Positions 1 through 7,873 of a stretch of DNA of 46,453 nucleotides are shown piece after piece. Origin of the DNA: Verrucomicrobiia bacterium (lineage in GTDB: Bacteria; Patescibacteriota; UBA1384; CAILIB01); the NCBI GenBank assembly GCA_035460805.1, contig DATHWI010000120.1, positions 1 to 46,453 on the forward strand, written 5' to 3'. The notes under the pieces are model-generated. The model searched no databases and was not told the DNA's origin. It worked only from the letters and a program-made list of their open reading frames with translations. A program made the translations under genes and the position numbers. The number at the start of each line of letters is the position of its first letter. Within the stretch, counting starts at the first letter, position 1.

Positions 1-136
1 TGGATGAGATGGAGTGTTTTGGCCGCCTTCATGGGGCCGGTATGCACAGTGAGGAGGTGGCGGTACTTCTTTGCAGGCATGGGGGTTGGTTACTTTTTTC
101 AGCATAGCCCATCCATAAGAAAAAAGTGCTGAATAT

Positions 137-167
137 AAAAAGCCTCCAGACTGGTTAGTCCGGAGGC
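137..167 (-). terminator. Rho-independent terminator of the 155..1225 gene
   Basis: Minus strand reads GCCUCCGGACU-AACC-AGUCUGGAGGC followed by UUUUU. The hairpin includes the stop codon. Confidence 0.6.
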
Positions 168-1225
168 GGTGGGGTGTTCTGCAAATATTCCAGGAACTCC
201 ACGGGGAACTCGTTGAGAAGGCAATGGATACCCGCCCGGTTGTAGGTAGGGATCATGCGGAATGGCCCTCCCACATGGTACACACGCTTGCGCCCGAGCA
301 GCTTGTTAAGGAGCTCGGAGAGTTGACCCTCCCCGCCCGTCACAATGGTGCGCCCATCCTCCAATTGCATAAAGCCAAGGGAGAGCGGGACGCGGAGCGG
401 CCGTGGCATGATATGCATGATCACGCCCGCCTTTTCGCACTGCTCCCGGATCTGCTTGAAATGTTTCTCGCGGAAGGCGGGGGTTACCCGCACTATCTTC
501 TTCCCGGAGACTACAGGAACGTACCGGTAGTCTATGAAGAGGTGAAGCGAACCGTCCTTTGCCTCCAAGAGGCCCATAGAACGGTCCAGATGGTCATCCC
601 AGATGTAGCCGGGGTCATCCCCCCTATTAACGTACATGAGGTTGTTGGGGACTTGGATGACGGTAAGCCCCGCCTCCTGCAGGTCCTTGTGGTACGGGTA
701 GGTCTCACAACCCTCCCCCGAATGAAAGGACATGAAGGTGGGGACAACTGCCACATGCTTGCGAATGTGAATCCTCCCACCCTCGCCTAGTGGCGAACGT
801 TTCAGCCTGTACTTCCCAATTTTGTCGGGAAGAGGCCCCAGGTTAGCCGCAGTATTCACGAGGATGGTCTCATTGGGCAGCACCACCGCCAAGTCGCGGG
901 GGTACAGCGCATGGGAACCGCTCTTCTCCAAGGCGGGAACGGGCAGCCACCGGTCTGGGCTGGCAATCTCATCGATAAGCTTCACCAGCCTGGGGTAGAG
1001 CCGTCGTTCACATATCCGCAGTATGGAAAAGTCGACACCAAATTCGTGCAGGGTGGAACTTAACGAAGCGTACTCCGCCATTTTCCTTCCAAGGACACGG
1101 GGAAAGGTACTAAGCCGATTCCAGTTCTTTTCGTAAAGCTCCTGCTGTCCGGCAGGCCACCACGGGAACACGGAGGGATCCATGCCGTAAATGGGGGTTC
1201 CAAGTACTAGTTTTTTATCCGTCAA
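155..1225 (-). CDS. Hypothetical enzyme, possibly guanidino-group-modifying (deiminase/amidinotransferase-like) fold
   Basis: 356-aa ORF with a TTG start and AGGAG 7 nt upstream. C-terminal NRAGIHCLLNE resembles the catalytic G-x-H-C motif of agmatine/arginine deiminase-type enzymes. The product call rests on motif memory only. Confidence 0.7.
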   Translation of the reverse strand: MTDKKLVLGTPIYGMDPSVFPWWPAGQQELYEKNWNRLSTFPRVLGRKMAEYASLSSTLHEFGVDFSILRICERRLYPRLVKLIDEIASPDRWLPVPALEKSGSHALYPRDLAVVLPNETILVNTAANLGPLPDKIGKYRLKRSPLGEGGRIHIRKHVAVVPTFMSFHSGEGCETYPYHKDLQEAGLTVIQVPNNLMYVNRGDDPGYIWDDHLDRSMGLLEAKDGSLHLFIDYRYVPVVSGKKIVRVTPAFREKHFKQIREQCEKAGVIMHIMPRPLRVPLSLGFMQLEDGRTIVTGGEGQLSELLNKLLGRKRVYHVGGPFRMIPTYNRAGIHCLLNEFPVEFLEYLQNTPPPPD

Positions 1226-1365
1226 AGTGCACTCCTGCCGCAGGTTGCGAGCAAGGAAGATATATCAAAAAATGAGGCTCTGGTAAAGGATAATGGAAAC
1301 CCATCCCTAGTACTCAACCTAAAAACCGTACTATGATTACTAGGTATACCCTTTAAGTTGCCTCC

Positions 1366-1884
1366 ATGGCCCAACCCGACCTCCACGCGCATGAGGGAAA
1401 ACTCAGCCGTAGGCGTGAGATAATCACCAGCTACAAAGCCCGCTCCGACGCCCGCCGGACCGTTTGGGAACGCACGGCAGACATGCTCACTTCCCGCTTT
1501 GGCACCGTGGCCTTCCTTACGCTCAACGCAATTTGGTTTATTGTTTGGGTACTGTGGAATACAGGCATGGCGGGAATGACTCCTTTTGACCCCTACCCAT
1601 TTGGTTTCCTGACGATGGTGGTCTCCCTTGAAGCCATCTTCCTGGCGATCATCGTCCTCATTTCCCAGAACCGTGCGGCGCACATTGCCGATATGCGGGA
1701 AGAGATTGAGCTGCAGGTCAGCATGATTGCCGAAGAGGAAATTACCAAGATCATGAACATGCTCTGCATGCTCCTGGACAAGCACGGTATCGATATCTCC
1801 CATGACCCAGAGCTGACGCGCATGCTTAAGCCCATCAAGAACAGTGAGATTGAACGGCGGATAGAAGACGAGCTGCACCAATAG
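1366..1884 (+). CDS. DUF1003 family membrane protein
   Basis: 172 aa with two TM helices. FDPYPFGFLTMVVSLEAIFLAIIVLISQNR matches the DUF1003 signature. A terminator follows. Confidence 0.85.
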   Translation: MAQPDLHAHEGKLSRRREIITSYKARSDARRTVWERTADMLTSRFGTVAFLTLNAIWFIVWVLWNTGMAGMTPFDPYPFGFLTMVVSLEAIFLAIIVLISQNRAAHIADMREEIELQVSMIAEEEITKIMNMLCMLLDKHGIDISHDPELTRMLKPIKNSEIERRIEDELHQ

Positions 1885-1911
1885 AAAAAGGCCTCTCAGA
1901 GGCCTTTTTTT
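1885..1911 (+). terminator. Rho-independent terminator (symmetric, possibly bidirectional)
   Basis: AAAAA-GGCCUC-UCA-GAGGCC-UUUUUUU directly after the stop at 1884. Confidence 0.8.
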
Positions 1912-2002
1912 GATTCCCACACCTTGACATAACCCTTACTTCCCGATACTCTGCGCCCACTCACCTGTTACGCCCTTGAGGCTGAAGGATGGGAGGAATA
2001 GA

Positions 2003-2710
2003 ATGTTCAACTTTTTCAAAAGAAGAGAGGATGAACCCAGCGAGAGGGACATCGAGAGAGCAAGCAACCAGGCGCCCACCATCAAACTGGTGGATGCCAT
2101 ATTGCAAGAGGCCGTTGCCATCAGGGCCACGCACATTTACTTAGTGACCGTCGCGTCAACCCCACCTAGTCAGCGGGACTACCGGTGCGTTTCCGTCGAG
2201 TTTGGCTGCGCAGACAGCCGGCTCGATGGCATGACCATTCCCGCCAGCCTCGGCCCCACTATCCTGGGGAGGCTCCGTGTCTTGCGGGACAACCCAGCAG
2301 AGCGAAGCGCGATACTGCGGGTCGGCCAACCGGAAGCAACCTACGAGGTGGCCCTCACGGAGGACAAGTACCCCGTGACCATCACCCTCACGCCCGCGAA
2401 GGAGTGGAAGAAGGCTAGCTTCCAGGTTGCCTACGAAGCCATCGAGGCAGCAGCGGCAGCTGGGTCCCATGTGGCAGTAGCTCCCCTAACGAAGCTCAGT
2501 GTCACCGACAGCGAGGAAGAGCGCAAAATCCTCGGCGAGATTGCCTCACCTGAGCTTTGGCGCCACCTCAGCTCCTTGGACAAGGAGACGTTGGCCGCAG
2601 ACTGGTGGTTCGCTCGTGAGTACGAGAAGTGCATCATTGCCGCCAGCATCAAGCTGGGCGACGGTGGGGAGCCTACCCTCCTCAACTGCATCGTGGTCAA
2701 CCGCGAGTAA
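2003..2710 (+). CDS. Hypothetical protein with a GspE/PilB N-terminal-domain-like segment and no ATPase core
   Basis: ATG at 2003 is preceded by GGGAGGA (the ORF opens at 1976). APTIKLVDAILQEAVAIRATHIYL resembles the conserved N-domain motif of type II secretion/type IV pilus ATPases. No Walker A or B motif is present in the 235 aa. Confidence 0.7.
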   Translation: MFNFFKRREDEPSERDIERASNQAPTIKLVDAILQEAVAIRATHIYLVTVASTPPSQRDYRCVSVEFGCADSRLDGMTIPASLGPTILGRLRVLRDNPAERSAILRVGQPEATYEVALTEDKYPVTITLTPAKEWKKASFQVAYEAIEAAAAAGSHVAVAPLTKLSVTDSEEERKILGEIASPELWRHLSSLDKETLAADWWFAREYEKCIIAASIKLGDGGEPTLLNCIVVNRE

Positions 2711-2726
2711 CCCGTTGCACACCCAA

Positions 2727-2751
2727 AGAGAGCCCCGTGGCTCTCTTTTTT
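2727..2751 (+). terminator. Rho-independent terminator
   Basis: AGAGAGCC-CCGU-GGCUCUCU followed by UUUUUU. Confidence 0.8.
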
Positions 2752-2756
2752 CAATA

Positions 2757-2780
2757 GGAAAAGGCGCCCCGTGAGGCGCC
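2757..2780 (-). terminator. Rho-independent terminator of the 2785..3009 gene
   Basis: Minus strand reads GGCGCCUCACGGGGCGCC followed by UUUUCC, a short U tract. Confidence 0.55.
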
Positions 2781-2784
2781 TTTC

Positions 2785-3009
2785 TTACTCTTTGCTCCGA
2801 TCGCGTGAGCGGTCGGTGCGGAGATCTTCCTTGGTCTGCAGGCGGATGTCATAGACACCACCCTCGTCCTTTGTCCGTTCGCAGTACTGGTCGTAGGCAG
2901 TTTTTGCCGCCTCGCGGGTAGGGTGTCCCCCTATCCAGACAAGCGACTCGCCGTCCGCAGAACTGTACGTTACGTCGTAGACGTACCAAAGCATCTGACC
3001 ATCGTTCAT
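2785..3009 (-). CDS. Small hypothetical protein (74 aa)
   Basis: ATG start with AGGAGGACAG upstream and its own terminator. No recognised domain. Confidence 0.6.
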   Translation of the reverse strand: MNDGQMLWYVYDVTYSSADGESLVWIGGHPTREAAKTAYDQYCERTKDEGGVYDIRLQTKEDLRTDRSRDRSKE

Positions 3010-3104
3010 TACTGTCCTCCTGTTTACCCAGGAGAAGCAGTAACTACTGACGCTTTCTCTTTCCTAAGTTAACAGGCGGATGGTAGCACTTTTGCTCCCA
3101 ACTG

Positions 3105-3851
3105 TCAATTAGTATTTGGCTCCCAGAGGCTCATAAACAAGCTCTCCATGCTTGCCACAATGGACTGGTGCTTAATCATCACCACTAACGGTGGCGTACC
3201 TGAAAACAAATAAAGCTTGTTCCCCATAATCCAAAGGGAGGCATCAAAGTCGACACCCTCTGGCAGCTGGCGGAGCTCAATCCGCTGTTTGGCCAGCTTC
3301 TGCGGGTCAACGTCGCCCACACTCCCCGCAGGAACAAGGGTCTTGGTGGAAATGCCGCGCCGGTCTTTCATGTTGAGCATGGCGTAGTAGTACTCGTCGC
3401 TGAGGACTTTTTGGTAGTTCCCGCTGAGTGGCGAGTCTATGGTCAGAATTTCATCACCTTTTTTGAGGGTGGCAATCTCCCGCTCAATAAAACTACGGAT
3501 CGCATCGCGCGTATCCAACACCTTTACCGCAGGTACTGCAGAATCTGCCCGGTACATGTCGGTCAAGAGCAGGTTCAAATGGTCAGCAACCACCAACTTA
3601 GCCTCCAGAGTTTCCTTAAGGACATTGGGCGATTCGACCCAATAAGAAATAACCCCCTTGTACTTATTGGCACTGACAAAGCCCCCTTCCTCGAGCCGGG
3701 AAAGGATGCTGATGACAGTAGTCCGGGACAGGTCCACCTTCTTGGCTACTACACTGGCCTTTGCTTCACCAAGGGTAGTAAGGGCGGCATACACCTTGGC
3801 CTCGTTTTTACTGAGGCCTAATTCCCTCAACGTGCTGCGTAGTTTTTCCAT
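3105..3851 (-). CDS. TrmB-family transcriptional regulator (paralog 1)
   Basis: N-terminal winged HTH LRELGLSKNEAKVYAALTTLGEAKASVVAKKVDLSRTTVISILSRLEEGGFV. The ~250-aa length is typical of TrmB. Confidence 0.85.
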   Translation of the reverse strand: MEKLRSTLRELGLSKNEAKVYAALTTLGEAKASVVAKKVDLSRTTVISILSRLEEGGFVSANKYKGVISYWVESPNVLKETLEAKLVVADHLNLLLTDMYRADSAVPAVKVLDTRDAIRSFIEREIATLKKGDEILTIDSPLSGNYQKVLSDEYYYAMLNMKDRRGISTKTLVPAGSVGDVDPQKLAKQRIELRQLPEGVDFDASLWIMGNKLYLFSGTPPLVVMIKHQSIVASMESLFMSLWEPNTN

Positions 3852-3867
3852 AAGGATAGCAAGATAG

Positions 3868-3885
3868 TGTCGAATATTATCGACA
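3868..3885. promoter_or_regulatory. Palindrome TGTCGA-N6-TCGACA, candidate TrmB autoregulatory operator
   Basis: Perfect 6-bp inverted arms 17 nt upstream of the TrmB start. They fill the spacer between a candidate -35 TTTACT (3885-3890) and -10 TATCTT (3861-3866) on the minus strand. Confidence 0.45.
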
Positions 3886-4013
3886 GTAAAATACTCCTTT
3901 TACAGGTTTATGTCTAGTTATTTTAAGAAAATAAATTCTTTTTAAGATTTTCTTCTTCAGAAAACAGATCATCGAAGCGTAATCGGTCTTTGACAACCTG
4001 TCCTAAGGAAATC

Positions 4014-5039
4014 ATGAAAACTAACTACCTGTTCCCTGGAACCTTCTCTCCCCCAACCTATGGGCACGCCGCCTTAGTCAGCGAAGCTGCACAACACCTT
4101 CCCCACCTCACCGTTGTCTGTTCAGAAAACCCCACCAAGTCCGCCTCCTGGTTCACCCCAGAAGAGGCGGTAGGGCTCTGGCAGGCTTACTCCCTGCCCC
4201 GCAATGTTTCCATCACTACGCTTGCTGCCATCAGGCAGGAAAAGCTTAACCCCCGGTCAATTGTGATGGTCCGCGGGATCCGCGACGAATCTGATGTCGA
4301 AGCAGAGCGCGGCGTCATGCAGTACAACCGGGAGCACTTTGGCATTACCAAGTTCCTCTACCTGCACTGTGCGCCAGAGTTTGCCGATGTCTCCTCTTCC
4401 AGTGCACGCGTTGCCGCTGAAGGACTGGATTTCACCACGCTTGCCCATCTGTGCTCTCCCCTAGTAGTAACCAAGCTCCTGGAGCACACACTGGGAATAG
4501 CCAACCTTTTCCTGGTTGTGGGGAAGCCGGGAAGTGGGAAATCAACCCTTCTCACGGAGTTCTGTTCCCAGTACCCGGAGGCCGTCCGTATTACCACTGA
4601 CGGATTCAACCACACTCTCCGGCCACTCCTGGAGGCGGCCTTCCCCGGCAAGGAACTGCTTGCCGTAGCAAAGGACCAAGAAGCCGCCCTTATTGCGGCT
4701 ATCAAGGAGCCGTGGCTTGCCCTCCTCCGCGAGGAGCTTCTCAAGTGCAAGGGTATGAGCCATGTGTTTGTAGAGGCAGCTTATGGTTTGCAACCCAATA
4801 AGGAGCTCTTCCGTCTCTTAGGCGGCAAGGCTATCTACGTTGGCTGCACTACCCGGCGCTGCACTGCGCGCAACCACAAGCGAGGGACACCGGAACTCCT
4901 TCCCTTCGTTCCCCGTATTCCTGGTTGGGCGGCTTCCAAGCAGATTGCCCAGCGGCACAACCTTTCCCTTGCCCGTGTCTCTACAGACACCGGCCTTGAC
5001 CAGAGCATTGCCCAACTGGAGGCCATACTCAGGAGATAA
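4014..5039 (+). CDS. coaD: Pantetheine-phosphate adenylyltransferase (CoaD) fused to a C-terminal P-loop kinase-like domain
   Basis: FPGTFSPPTYGH (nucleotidyltransferase HxGH motif), VRGIRDESDVEAE and VSSSSARV align with PPAT. The downstream half carries VVGKPGSGKSTLL. ATG 4014 has AGGA upstream (the ORF opens at TTG 3990). Confidence 0.85.
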   Translation: MKTNYLFPGTFSPPTYGHAALVSEAAQHLPHLTVVCSENPTKSASWFTPEEAVGLWQAYSLPRNVSITTLAAIRQEKLNPRSIVMVRGIRDESDVEAERGVMQYNREHFGITKFLYLHCAPEFADVSSSSARVAAEGLDFTTLAHLCSPLVVTKLLEHTLGIANLFLVVGKPGSGKSTLLTEFCSQYPEAVRITTDGFNHTLRPLLEAAFPGKELLAVAKDQEAALIAAIKEPWLALLREELLKCKGMSHVFVEAAYGLQPNKELFRLLGGKAIYVGCTTRRCTARNHKRGTPELLPFVPRIPGWAASKQIAQRHNLSLARVSTDTGLDQSIAQLEAILRR

Positions 5040-5040
5040 C

Positions 5041-5445
5041 ATGTACCCACTTTCGTTTGTCCCGTTCGTACTTGGACACTTAACTGCAGACTACCTGCTC
5101 CAACCCAGGGCCATGGCACTGCAAAAGTCAGCCAAGGGGCTCAAGGGCTTTGGCTGGTGCACACTTCACTGTGCGGTCTACACACTATGTATCTGCGCAT
5201 TCGTACAGTTCTGGAACCCGGTCTTCGTTGCCTTGGTGTACTTTACCCACTACGCAGTGGACCGCTACTCCCTGGCCACCTATTGGCTCCGGCTCATTCA
5301 GGGGCGGGACATCTCAGCGGCCCACTTGGACACAACCAGTGCCCACCGGGAGATAGACATCTCCTTTGCCTGCCTGGTCTACGCAGTTACCGACAACACC
5401 ATCCACCTCATTACCCTTTGGATACTTATGAGGATGTTTGCCTAA
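5041..5445 (+). CDS. DUF3307-like integral membrane protein
   Basis: 134 aa with several TM helices and GHLTADYLLQ / HYAVDRY motifs. The ATG lies 1 nt after the coaD stop. Confidence 0.7.
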   Translation: MYPLSFVPFVLGHLTADYLLQPRAMALQKSAKGLKGFGWCTLHCAVYTLCICAFVQFWNPVFVALVYFTHYAVDRYSLATYWLRLIQGRDISAAHLDTTSAHREIDISFACLVYAVTDNTIHLITLWILMRMFA

Positions 5446-5475
5446 CCCCTAGGGATCACGCACGTGGTCCCTTTT

Positions 5476-6264
5476 TCATTTCTTGGCAGCATCCCAAAGC
5501 GCATCAAACAATGCGGTGTAATTTGCTGCCAAGTTGCGGTTAGTAAGCTTAATGCCGGACAAGTCCCCTTCCCGTAGGGAGAGAATGACCACTACGTCGC
5601 CTAAACTATATTGGGCAAAAGCAGTGACTGCATTCTTTTGGGTTAGGTATTTGGTTTGTGTATTTTTTCTTTGGGCATAGTAAGCCGCCTTGCCCCTCTC
5701 CAACGGCGAGCCATTCACCAATAGTTTGGTAGCAAGGTTCTTTTCTTGCTTCAACCGGGCAACCCGCTGCTTCCACGCATCTTCAAAGACAAAGGCCCAA
5801 GTAGGAGACCAAACAAACTCATCCCGAATGAGCCTGAGTTCCGCGCCCTCAGGCGCTTGGCGCAGCATCTCCAAATAGGTACGCTTCAGCCCCTCCTGCC
5901 CCTCAAAGAAGATGGCCTGCGGCACCAGGTTGTCGTTCTTACTGAGTGATTCAATTGCTACCTGGAGGCCGTTAAGCAGGCTGACGCGCCCATTGGCCCG
6001 CTCCTGCTCGGTTTTCACAAACTGCTCCAAAGAATCGTACCCAAGCGCCTCGAACTGCTTAACATCGTTCTTATATGTTGTACCTACCAAGCCTTTGGCA
6101 ATGAGGGAGCTTAAAGTGGTGTACACACTGCTGCGCGACAAGCCGAGGCGCTTGGCAACCACAGTTGCGCTGCTTGGTGAGTGCTCGAGCAATACCGCTA
6201 AAACCTTTGCCTCGTAGTCACCAAGCCCCAAGGCCTGCAAGTTGGAAGGGAGTTGAGTATCCAT
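5476..6264 (-). CDS. TrmB-family transcriptional regulator (paralog 2)
   Basis: N-terminal LQALGLGDYEAKVLAVLLEHSPSSATVVAKRLGLSRSSVYTTLSSLIAKGLV. Confidence 0.85.
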   Translation of the reverse strand: MDTQLPSNLQALGLGDYEAKVLAVLLEHSPSSATVVAKRLGLSRSSVYTTLSSLIAKGLVGTTYKNDVKQFEALGYDSLEQFVKTEQERANGRVSLLNGLQVAIESLSKNDNLVPQAIFFEGQEGLKRTYLEMLRQAPEGAELRLIRDEFVWSPTWAFVFEDAWKQRVARLKQEKNLATKLLVNGSPLERGKAAYYAQRKNTQTKYLTQKNAVTAFAQYSLGDVVVILSLREGDLSGIKLTNRNLAANYTALFDALWDAAKK

Positions 6265-6270
6265 ATCTGT

Positions 6271-6288
6271 TGTCGTTTACGTACGACA
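6271..6288. promoter_or_regulatory. Palindrome TGTCGT-N6-ACGACA, candidate TrmB operator
   Basis: Perfect 6-bp inverted arms 7 nt upstream of the TrmB paralog 2 start. It has the same TGTCG-N8-CGACA layout as 3868-3885. Confidence 0.45.
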
Positions 6289-6353
6289 GATTGTACACTT
6301 CACTTTCTCCTTTTACAATCGGGGCAGGCCTAAGGGCTGTAACGGAGGTTCCT

Positions 6354-6854
6354 ATGAGTCCCCTGAATGTACTGCGTGCCATTGAGCAGGAGCTCCCCCT
6401 CCTTCTCCAAGACGAAACCAAGTGGAAGGGCGTTGATGTCACTTACCACCCTCCCCGGGTAGAGCGACTCTGGCAACAATGGGGCAGCTACCGCATCTAC
6501 CTGCACCGGGTTCATCCCTGCACAGAGGAAGAGGCCCTGCTTCACCCACACCCTTGGCCGCAAGCCGTCAAGGTATTGAGTGGGAGATATGAGATGGGCA
6601 TTGGCGTAAGCCCGGACCTTATAGCGCCACCCATTGTCTGCCGGACTACTACTGAGGGGGTGTTTGAATATGAGATGGACCACCCACACGGGTGGCACTA
6701 TGTCCGGCCACTTGAAGGGTCCAGCATGTCCATCATGGTGACCCTTCAGCCATGGGAACGCGAAGTCATTAAAAGCTCCAACCCACTTCCAGAACTGGGA
6801 ACAGCGAACCGGGCAGAGCTCTTCCAGTTCTTTCGTGAACGGTACCCAGCCTAG
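6354..6854 (+). CDS. Hypothetical protein (His-rich, possibly cupin-like)
   Basis: 166 aa. The ATG has GGAGG 6 nt upstream (the ORF opens at 6165). LLHPHPWP and HPHGWHY segments are present. The fold assignment is unverified. Confidence 0.65.
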   Translation: MSPLNVLRAIEQELPLLLQDETKWKGVDVTYHPPRVERLWQQWGSYRIYLHRVHPCTEEEALLHPHPWPQAVKVLSGRYEMGIGVSPDLIAPPIVCRTTTEGVFEYEMDHPHGWHYVRPLEGSSMSIMVTLQPWEREVIKSSNPLPELGTANRAELFQFFRERYPA

Positions 6855-6865
6855 TGCCTTTTCCA

Positions 6866-6889
6866 TACCCCTCTCTGAGGGGTATTTTT
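6866..6889 (+). terminator. Rho-independent terminator
   Basis: UACCCCUC-UCU-GAGGGGUA followed by UUUUU. Confidence 0.75.
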
Positions 6890-6894
6890 CTATT

Positions 6895-6924
6895 AAAAAA
6901 GGACCCAGCAGATTTGCTGGGTCC
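6895..6924 (-). terminator. Rho-independent terminator closing the Ubl/E1/JAB/E2-like operon
   Basis: Minus strand reads GGACCCAGCA-AAUC-UGCUGGGUCC followed by UUUUUU. Confidence 0.8.
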
Positions 6925-6949
6925 CATTATGTGTTCCGGACTAGTCCGG

Positions 6950-7180
6950 TTAGTTCCCCTTGACCTTGGTCAACAGGAGGACGGTTTGGCCGTCCTCCAG
7001 GACCGTGTCTTTGCCCACGGGGGTCGTGTTCACGCGGAGCTGAAAGCCCTCTGCGTTTTGGAGTTGCGCCGACTTGAGGGCGTCGGCAACGGTTGAACCG
7101 GCAGGCAGTGCGATGGACTTGATTTGACCAGGCACTTTGCCGATTTTGATGGTGATTGTTTTGCTACTATCCTGCGCCAT
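6950..7180 (-). CDS. Ubiquitin-like / ThiS-MoaD-like beta-grasp protein (76 aa), C-terminus KVKGN
   Basis: The size and the tail ...VLEDGQTVLLLTKVKGN resemble beta-grasp Ubl tails. GGAGGAG sits 12 nt upstream. The start is 3 nt after the E1 stop, making it the last gene of the operon. Confidence 0.75.
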   Translation of the reverse strand: MAQDSSKTITIKIGKVPGQIKSIALPAGSTVADALKSAQLQNAEGFQLRVNTTPVGKDTVLEDGQTVLLLTKVKGN

Positions 7181-7183
7181 TTC

Positions 7184-7873
7184 TTACAAACTCCTCCCCA
7201 TAATGAATGAGGACCTCAACCCGAAAATGATTTCGTGCTCGGGCACGTCCTCACTCTTACCTTGATCGTGGGCGAACCAGCGCATGAGCTGCCAGACTGC
7301 GAGTCCGGAAACAATCTCTGCGCTCGGCCCGACCGAAATGTTCGTGCCGCAAGCGGCAACTTCGACGCCGGCTTCGGCATCGTCGTAGAGCGTCTCTTCC
7401 CACATGCGGACATGCTGGATTTGAAACGGGACGATGCTATAGATCCGACCGTTGTCGGTACCCATGCGCGTCTCAATCATGAGGGAAACATGGGGCTTCA
7501 GCTTGATGGCCTTGCCCCAGATCTCCTTTCGGGAACGCATGGTGTCCGTCATGAGGAACACCACGTTGCCCAACTGCTTGCTGCCGTCGGCCGCAAACGG
7601 ATACTGCGTAATTACGGTACCCGTGCTGCGCTTGACGATCTCCGCAAGGGCCTCGACTTTGAGCTGACCGATATGGGCAGTGTCATACACCTGGTTGGCG
7701 ATGTTATGCTCTTCGATCTTGTCAAAGTCCCAGACGTGAATGTTCTGAATGCCTAGCTTGGCCAGGCTCAGGACCACACGGCTGCCAGTGGCGCCGGCGC
7801 CGATTACATCGACGCGACGCTCACCAAAGGCCTCGGGCGAGAAGATTTCGCGGTGGCTAGAGGCATCAACCAC
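7184..7873 (-). CDS. ThiF/MoeB-type E1-like adenylyltransferase (minimal, 229 aa)
   Basis: RVDVIGAGATGSRVVLSLAKLGIQNIHVWDFDKIEEHNIANQ is the E1 dinucleotide-binding and ATP motif. There is a single Cys (VEVAACGTNIS). The GTG start has AAGGAGG upstream and overlaps the JAB stop by 8 nt. Confidence 0.9.
   Translation of the reverse strand: MVDASSHREIFSPEAFGERRVDVIGAGATGSRVVLSLAKLGIQNIHVWDFDKIEEHNIANQVYDTAHIGQLKVEALAEIVKRSTGTVITQYPFAADGSKQLGNVVFLMTDTMRSRKEIWGKAIKLKPHVSLMIETRMGTDNGRIYSIVPFQIQHVRMWEETLYDDAEAGVEVAACGTNISVGPSAEIVSGLAVWQLMRWFAHDQGKSEDVPEHEIIFGLRSSFIMGRSL

Noticed and set aside
1-105. A partial minus-strand ORF starting at ATG 105..103 and running off the left edge (MLKKVTNPHACKEVPPPPH...).
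   Set aside because: Only 35 codons are visible, with no SD or domain signal. That is too little to support a feature.
6885-6900. The identical 16-mer TTTTTCTATTAAAAAA at 6885-6900 and 13887-13902.
   Set aside because: Both copies are the junction between face-to-face terminators (the U tract of one, the A tract of the other). Only the central CTATT is informative, so chance or a shared terminator style is the simplest explanation.
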